Of a stretch of 64,000 nt of DNA, positions 60,084 to 64,000 are shown piece by piece. The stretch lies in NCBI GenBank assembly GCA_945900015.1, contig CAMDJC010000004.1:8679-72678 (forward strand), written 5' to 3'. Origin of the DNA: an uncultured Odoribacter sp. GTDB taxonomy: Bacteria; Bacteroidota; Bacteroidia; Bacteroidales; Marinifilaceae. Under the pieces are notes generated by a model. The model searched no databases. It saw only the letters and a program-made list of their open reading frames with translations, and had not been told where the DNA came from. The stretch's first letter is position 1, and every line of letters begins with the position of its first letter. A program made the translations under genes and the position numbers.

Positions 60084-60896
60084 ATGAAACTATACATCCT
60101 GGCATTATTCGCACTTCTTTGTACATATTCGGCTATCGCACAAGAAAAAGAAGTAAAAGCAGTCATCGAAACGAACTACGGCAACATGACTGTAAAATTA
60201 TACAACGACACGCCTCAACATCGGGATAATTTCATCCGTCTGGCCAAAGCCAAACACTATGACGGCACATTGTTTTATCGGGTCATCAAGGATTTTGTCA
60301 TCCAAGGAGGCTCATCAGACAGTCGAAATGCCATTAAAGGCAGCGAAATCGGCTATGGCAAACCAATTGTAATCGATGCAGAAATCAAGCCACACCATTA
60401 TCATAAAAAAGGAGCCCTTGCCGCGCCCCGACAGCCGGATCGCGTAAACTTTTTCAAAGAATCCGACATATCACAATTCTATATTGTACAAGGCCGTAAA
60501 TATTCGCCTAAAGAAGTGGAAATCATGGAAAAGCAGGTCAACGTTCCCATTAAAAGGGCAATCCAGAAAAAATATTACACTCCGGACAAAAAAGCCATCC
60601 TTGATACACTCCGCAAACAGAAAAAAGTGGCAGAATTCCGTAAGATAGCCAACAAAATAAAGGCTGATATTGAATTTGAATGGAATGCCAACACAGACAA
60701 AATCTACATGGACGATGCCAAAAGAGAAGCCTACATCAACCAAGGCGGTGTACATCATCTCGACAAAGAATACACCGTATTCGGCGAAGTGATAGACGGC
60801 TTTGAAATCATCGATAAAATCGCGGCAGTCCCCACAGACAAAAGCGACAGGCCTCTGGAGGATATCCGGATTAAAGTACGCATTTTAGAAGAATAG
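60084..60896 (+). CDS. Cyclophilin-type peptidylprolyl isomerase
   Basis: TPQHRDNF, FYRVIKDFVIQGG, SQFYIV, YTVFGEV. Confidence 0.92.
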   Translation: MKLYILALFALLCTYSAIAQEKEVKAVIETNYGNMTVKLYNDTPQHRDNFIRLAKAKHYDGTLFYRVIKDFVIQGGSSDSRNAIKGSEIGYGKPIVIDAEIKPHHYHKKGALAAPRQPDRVNFFKESDISQFYIVQGRKYSPKEVEIMEKQVNVPIKRAIQKKYYTPDKKAILDTLRKQKKVAEFRKIANKIKADIEFEWNANTDKIYMDDAKREAYINQGGVHHLDKEYTVFGEVIDGFEIIDKIAAVPTDKSDRPLEDIRIKVRILEE

Positions 60897-60898
60897 CC

Positions 60899-61288
60899 AT
60901 GCATATTCCACCGCGCACCACCATCATCGGTATCACCATCTTATGGACAGTGATTATTTTCACCCTTTGCGCATTGCCGGGGGATGCTATACCCAATCCT
61001 CGATTCAACATTCCGTATATTGACAAAATAGTACATGGTGGATTATTTTTTGTTGCATCTTTATTATTGATATTCCCATTGGTTTATTACAGCCACCTTG
61101 CCCGCTGGAAATCATATCTGATAGCCTGCATTTATACGGTTGTGTACGGAGGATTGATAGAAATACTGCAATATTACTTTTTCAACCGAAGCGGAGAAAT
61201 ATACGATTTGCTGGCTGATTTCGCAGGAGCTGTCGTTGCCTGCCTGAGTTATCCCATGATTTTGCATATTTTACGCCGGAAAAAGTAA
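60899..61288 (+). CDS. VanZ family membrane protein
   Basis: DKIVHGGLF, IEILQ, RSGEIYDLLAD. Confidence 0.85.
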   Translation: MHIPPRTTIIGITILWTVIIFTLCALPGDAIPNPRFNIPYIDKIVHGGLFFVASLLLIFPLVYYSHLARWKSYLIACIYTVVYGGLIEILQYYFFNRSGEIYDLLADFAGAVVACLSYPMILHILRRKK

Positions 61289-61382
61289 TTTTTGCGCTTT
61301 ATTTCCTAATTTTCAACCGGCAATTTTCAATTTTCAATTAAATGCCTTAGTTTTGTAACCTTGATAATCAAACGCATTGACA

Positions 61383-62402
61383 ATGTTAGATCAGATAAAC
61401 CAACTTATAACAGAAATTGCAGGCTTTAATGCCACCACTCCCGAGGAAGTGGAACAGTTCAGAATCAAACACCTGAGCAAAAAGGGTAGTATTACAACTT
61501 TGTTTGAAGACTTTAAAAATGTACCCAACGAACAGAAAAAAGAAATCGGCAAAGCCCTGAACGAACTGAAGACAGCGGCTCTCAATAAAGTAAACGAACT
61601 GAAAGAACAATTGTGCTCGTCAGACAATGGCAAAACCGGCATTGATCTAACCATGCCGGGCGATACCGTGAATTTAGGTTCACGCCATCCCCTGTCAATA
61701 GTCAAAAACGAAATACTGAACATATTCTCCCGTCTCGGATTCACCATCTCAGAAGGTCCGGAAATTGAAGACGACTGGCATGTTTTTTCAGCCTTGAACT
61801 TCCCCGAGGAACATCCGGCACGCGATATGCAGGATACTTTTTTCATCGAAAAGCATCCGGACATCTTGTTGCGTACCCATACCTCATCCGTTCAGGTTCA
61901 TGATATGGAAACCCACACTCCTCCCATCCGTCTGGTGACTCCGGGACGAGTATTCCGCAATGAAGCCATTTCAGCACGTGCGCATTGTATTTTCCACCAA
62001 ATCGAAGCCTTATACATTGACGAAAATGTATCTTTCGCAGACTTAAAACAAACCTTGACCTATTTTGCCAAGGAACTGTTCGGTGCAGACACTCAAATCC
62101 GTTTACGCCCGTCCTATTTCCCGTTTACAGAGCCATCGGCAGAAATGGACGTTTCCTGCTCGCTTTGCCACGGGAAAGGCTGTAATGTATGTAAAGGCAC
62201 CGGTTGGTTGGAAATCCTCGGTTGCGGCATGGTTGACCCCAATGTATTGGAACTGAATGGTATTGACAAAAACAAATATACAGGATTCGCTCTCGGCATG
62301 GGTATTGAGCGTATCACCATGCTGAAATACGGAATCAAAGACATCCGCTTGTTCTTTGACAACGACATCCGTTTCCTGGAACAGTTTACAACAGCTATAT
62401 AA
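61383..62402 (+). CDS. pheS: Phenylalanine-tRNA ligase alpha subunit
   Basis: HPARDMQDTF, LRTHTS, FHQIE, RPSYFPFTEPS, GFALGMGIER. Confidence 0.98.
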   Translation: MLDQINQLITEIAGFNATTPEEVEQFRIKHLSKKGSITTLFEDFKNVPNEQKKEIGKALNELKTAALNKVNELKEQLCSSDNGKTGIDLTMPGDTVNLGSRHPLSIVKNEILNIFSRLGFTISEGPEIEDDWHVFSALNFPEEHPARDMQDTFFIEKHPDILLRTHTSSVQVHDMETHTPPIRLVTPGRVFRNEAISARAHCIFHQIEALYIDENVSFADLKQTLTYFAKELFGADTQIRLRPSYFPFTEPSAEMDVSCSLCHGKGCNVCKGTGWLEILGCGMVDPNVLELNGIDKNKYTGFALGMGIERITMLKYGIKDIRLFFDNDIRFLEQFTTAI

Positions 62403-62427
62403 GAGCCGATTTATTTTATACGATACA

Positions 62428-62465
62428 GAATCCCGAAATATAGGGAAGTATTTCGGGATTCATTT
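62428..62465 (+). terminator. pheS terminator
   Basis: GAATCCCGAAATA...TATTTCGGGATTC-ATTTT. Confidence 0.75.
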
Positions 62466-62482
62466 TAAACGGAGCAAAAATC

Positions 62483-63133
62483 ATGGAAAAGATTTTGTTT
62501 ATCAATGCATGTATCAGAGAAGAATCACGAACCCTACGTCTTGCCAGACATCTATTGAAGAGACTAGACGGAGAAATAGAAGAACTGAACCTTGCAGCAG
62601 AAAAAATCCCAGCCATAGATAATTGGGATATCCTCCAACAACGCTTTCTCCATGTCCAATCAAACAGCCTTGATGCACCGGAGCTAAAATATGCCCGCCA
62701 GTTTGCAACCGCCGATACAATTGTTATAGCAGCTCCATATTGGGATCTGGCTTTCCCCGCAATCCTGAAAACGTACATGGAATATGTAACTGTCACCGGC
62801 CTGACCTTCAAATATTCGCCGGAAGGCTACCCTGTCGGGTTATGTAAGGCCCATCGTTTGATTTATGTAATGACTGCAGGAGGACCCGTGCATCTCAATT
62901 TCGGATATGATTATTTGAGTGCTTTATGCCACAATTTCTTCGGCATCAAAGAGACTCATCTCTTCAAAGCCGAAAACCTCGACATCATCGGCAGCGATGT
63001 CGAAAAAATCATGCAATCTGCTCTCGAAGAAATAGACAAACGGCTAATGGTGTCTCCGAGTCTTATTTCCTCCCCCAACACAAATCCGACACTGCAATTC
63101 CAAAAACTTAAATCCCACTTCAACAACCTGTAA
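62483..63133 (+). CDS. FMN-dependent NADH-azoreductase / flavodoxin-2 family
   Basis: INACIR..SRT, AAPYWDLAFPAILKTY, GLTFKYS..G..GL; C-terminus extends into the opposite gene. Confidence 0.85.
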   Translation: MEKILFINACIREESRTLRLARHLLKRLDGEIEELNLAAEKIPAIDNWDILQQRFLHVQSNSLDAPELKYARQFATADTIVIAAPYWDLAFPAILKTYMEYVTVTGLTFKYSPEGYPVGLCKAHRLIYVMTAGGPVHLNFGYDYLSALCHNFFGIKETHLFKAENLDIIGSDVEKIMQSALEEIDKRLMVSPSLISSPNTNPTLQFQKLKSHFNNL

Positions 63134-63609
63134 TCAAGTGTCATCCTTAGGTGTTTGAATAATTCAACCCCTAAACGAGGTGTAAAACAGATGGAATTAA
63201 ACTGATTATACCCCAAATCAACATCAACAATCGCCATTCCCAATCCTCCACCAACAAATGAAGAGACATGTTTGCCCATACGAAAATTATAGTCAACCAC
63301 AGGCTGTAATATCATATTCCGATAAGTCTCTTCAACACCTCTTCCTTTATACAACAAATCGTAAGCCCCTACTAAAAACTGCAATCCAAAATCAAAATGG
63401 GAAGAATAATTACACCTCGCTTCCAAAATTATATCAATTCCTTCTCGAATATTACAACCTTCCACCTTCTTCTTTCCAAAATTAGGACCTATTGCAACCT
63501 CGACTTCAAACCTTGTTATATCTTGTCCCCACACCGAACACGGAACAAAAGACATCGATACAACAAAAGACACCAATAAAATAACATTTACACACAAGAT
63601 CTGTTTCAT
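62956..63609 (-). CDS. Outer-membrane beta-barrel (porin-family-like) protein; C-terminal frame questionable
   Basis: Signal peptide, amphipathic strands, FVGGGLG, FTPRLGVELFKHLRMTLDY. Confidence 0.7.
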   Translation of the reverse strand: MKQILCVNVILLVSFVVSMSFVPCSVWGQDITRFEVEVAIGPNFGKKKVEGCNIREGIDIILEARCNYSSHFDFGLQFLVGAYDLLYKGRGVEETYRNMILQPVVDYNFRMGKHVSSFVGGGLGMAIVDVDLGYNQFNSICFTPRLGVELFKHLRMTLDYRLLKWDLSFWNCSVGFVLGEEIRLGDTISRLSISSRADCMIFSTSLPMMSRFSALKR

Positions 63610-63721
63610 ATATCAATATTTTACCCCCCCCAAATATGGCGAAATATAATATATTTTCAAACGGCAGGAGCTATAACAACAAAATATTGTCAAGACATCT
63701 ACCCTAAAATGTTTACTATGT

Positions 63722-63756
63722 AAAAAGTCCCTGCCGACATTTTCGACAGGGACTTT
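63722..63756 (-). terminator. mscS terminator
   Basis: AAAGTCCCTG...CAGGGACTTTTT on the minus strand. Confidence 0.75.
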
Positions 63757-63780
63757 ACATATCTGAATATCAACTAAACA

Positions 63781-64000
63781 TCAATTTCCAGCCTGATGCA
63801 ATGTAAGCTGCGGGAAAGGAAATCCGATACCCTCTTTGTTGAAGGTTGCATATACAATTTGGTTCATATCAAAATACACACCCCAATAATCAGGAGTTGC
63901 CACCCAAACACGCACCGTAATATCCACACTGCTTGCACCCAAAGAACCCAAAGCAATCATCGGTTCCGGAGTTTTCAAAATACGTTTGTCAGCATCTATA
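63781..64000 (-). CDS. mscS: Small-conductance mechanosensitive channel, C-terminal part (runs off right edge)
   Basis: LGASSVDITVRVW...GIGFPFPQ. Confidence 0.88.
   Translation of the reverse strand, partial: IDADKRILKTPEPMIALGSLGASSVDITVRVWVATPDYWGVYFDMNQIVYATFNKEGIGFPFPQLTLHQAGN

Noticed and set aside
61321-61340. AATTTTCAATTTTCAATTAA, with a similar copy near 33207
   Set aside because: Low-complexity AT-rich motif, two loose copies only; no array or CRISPR structure
108-63609. Numerous ORF-track entries antisense to or nested in the called genes (e.g. 108..752, 10788..11504, 17531..18280, 22926..23639)
   Set aside because: Shadow ORFs of well-supported genes on the other strand or frame; no motifs or start signals

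Overview
Chromosomal segment of a Bacteroidales gut anaerobe. It is probably Odoribacteraceae/Marinifilaceae-like, inferred from the ECF-FecR-SusC/D-DUF4843-PKD cassette and TAnnTTTG promoters. Left to right: (1) a minus-strand ECF sigma/FecR/SusC/SusD/two-lipoprotein/ABC cassette whose sigma and anti-sigma genes are separated by a ~3 kb decayed mobile-element remnant with an intact AbiE-type (DUF6088 + AbiEii) toxin-antitoxin pair and a DUF1016 pseudogene; (2) a large ABC-2 permease fusion and two orphan lipoproteins; (3) a complete hmuYRSTUV heme-uptake operon running directly into an anaerobic sulfatase maturase and a Ser-type sulfatase; (4) a cobalamin riboswitch with its own promoter that points away from hmu and has no real protein gene downstream, only a structured ~115-nt element and a convergent small-RNA candidate; (5) housekeeping genes (nadD, gmk, yicC, lepA), fucIAKP, a polyamine cluster (amidohydrolase, speB, speA), a sigma54-driven kdpFABC locus with split KdpD, tRNA-Pro, rbfA, lolE-like, PPIase, vanZ-like, pheS, azoreductase, an OMP and partial mscS. 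The best candidate for an undescribed system is the gene-less B12 riboswitch transcript at 33.2-33.7 kb. No CRISPR, rRNA or intact IS was seen. Family calls come from motif recognition only; no database searches were run.
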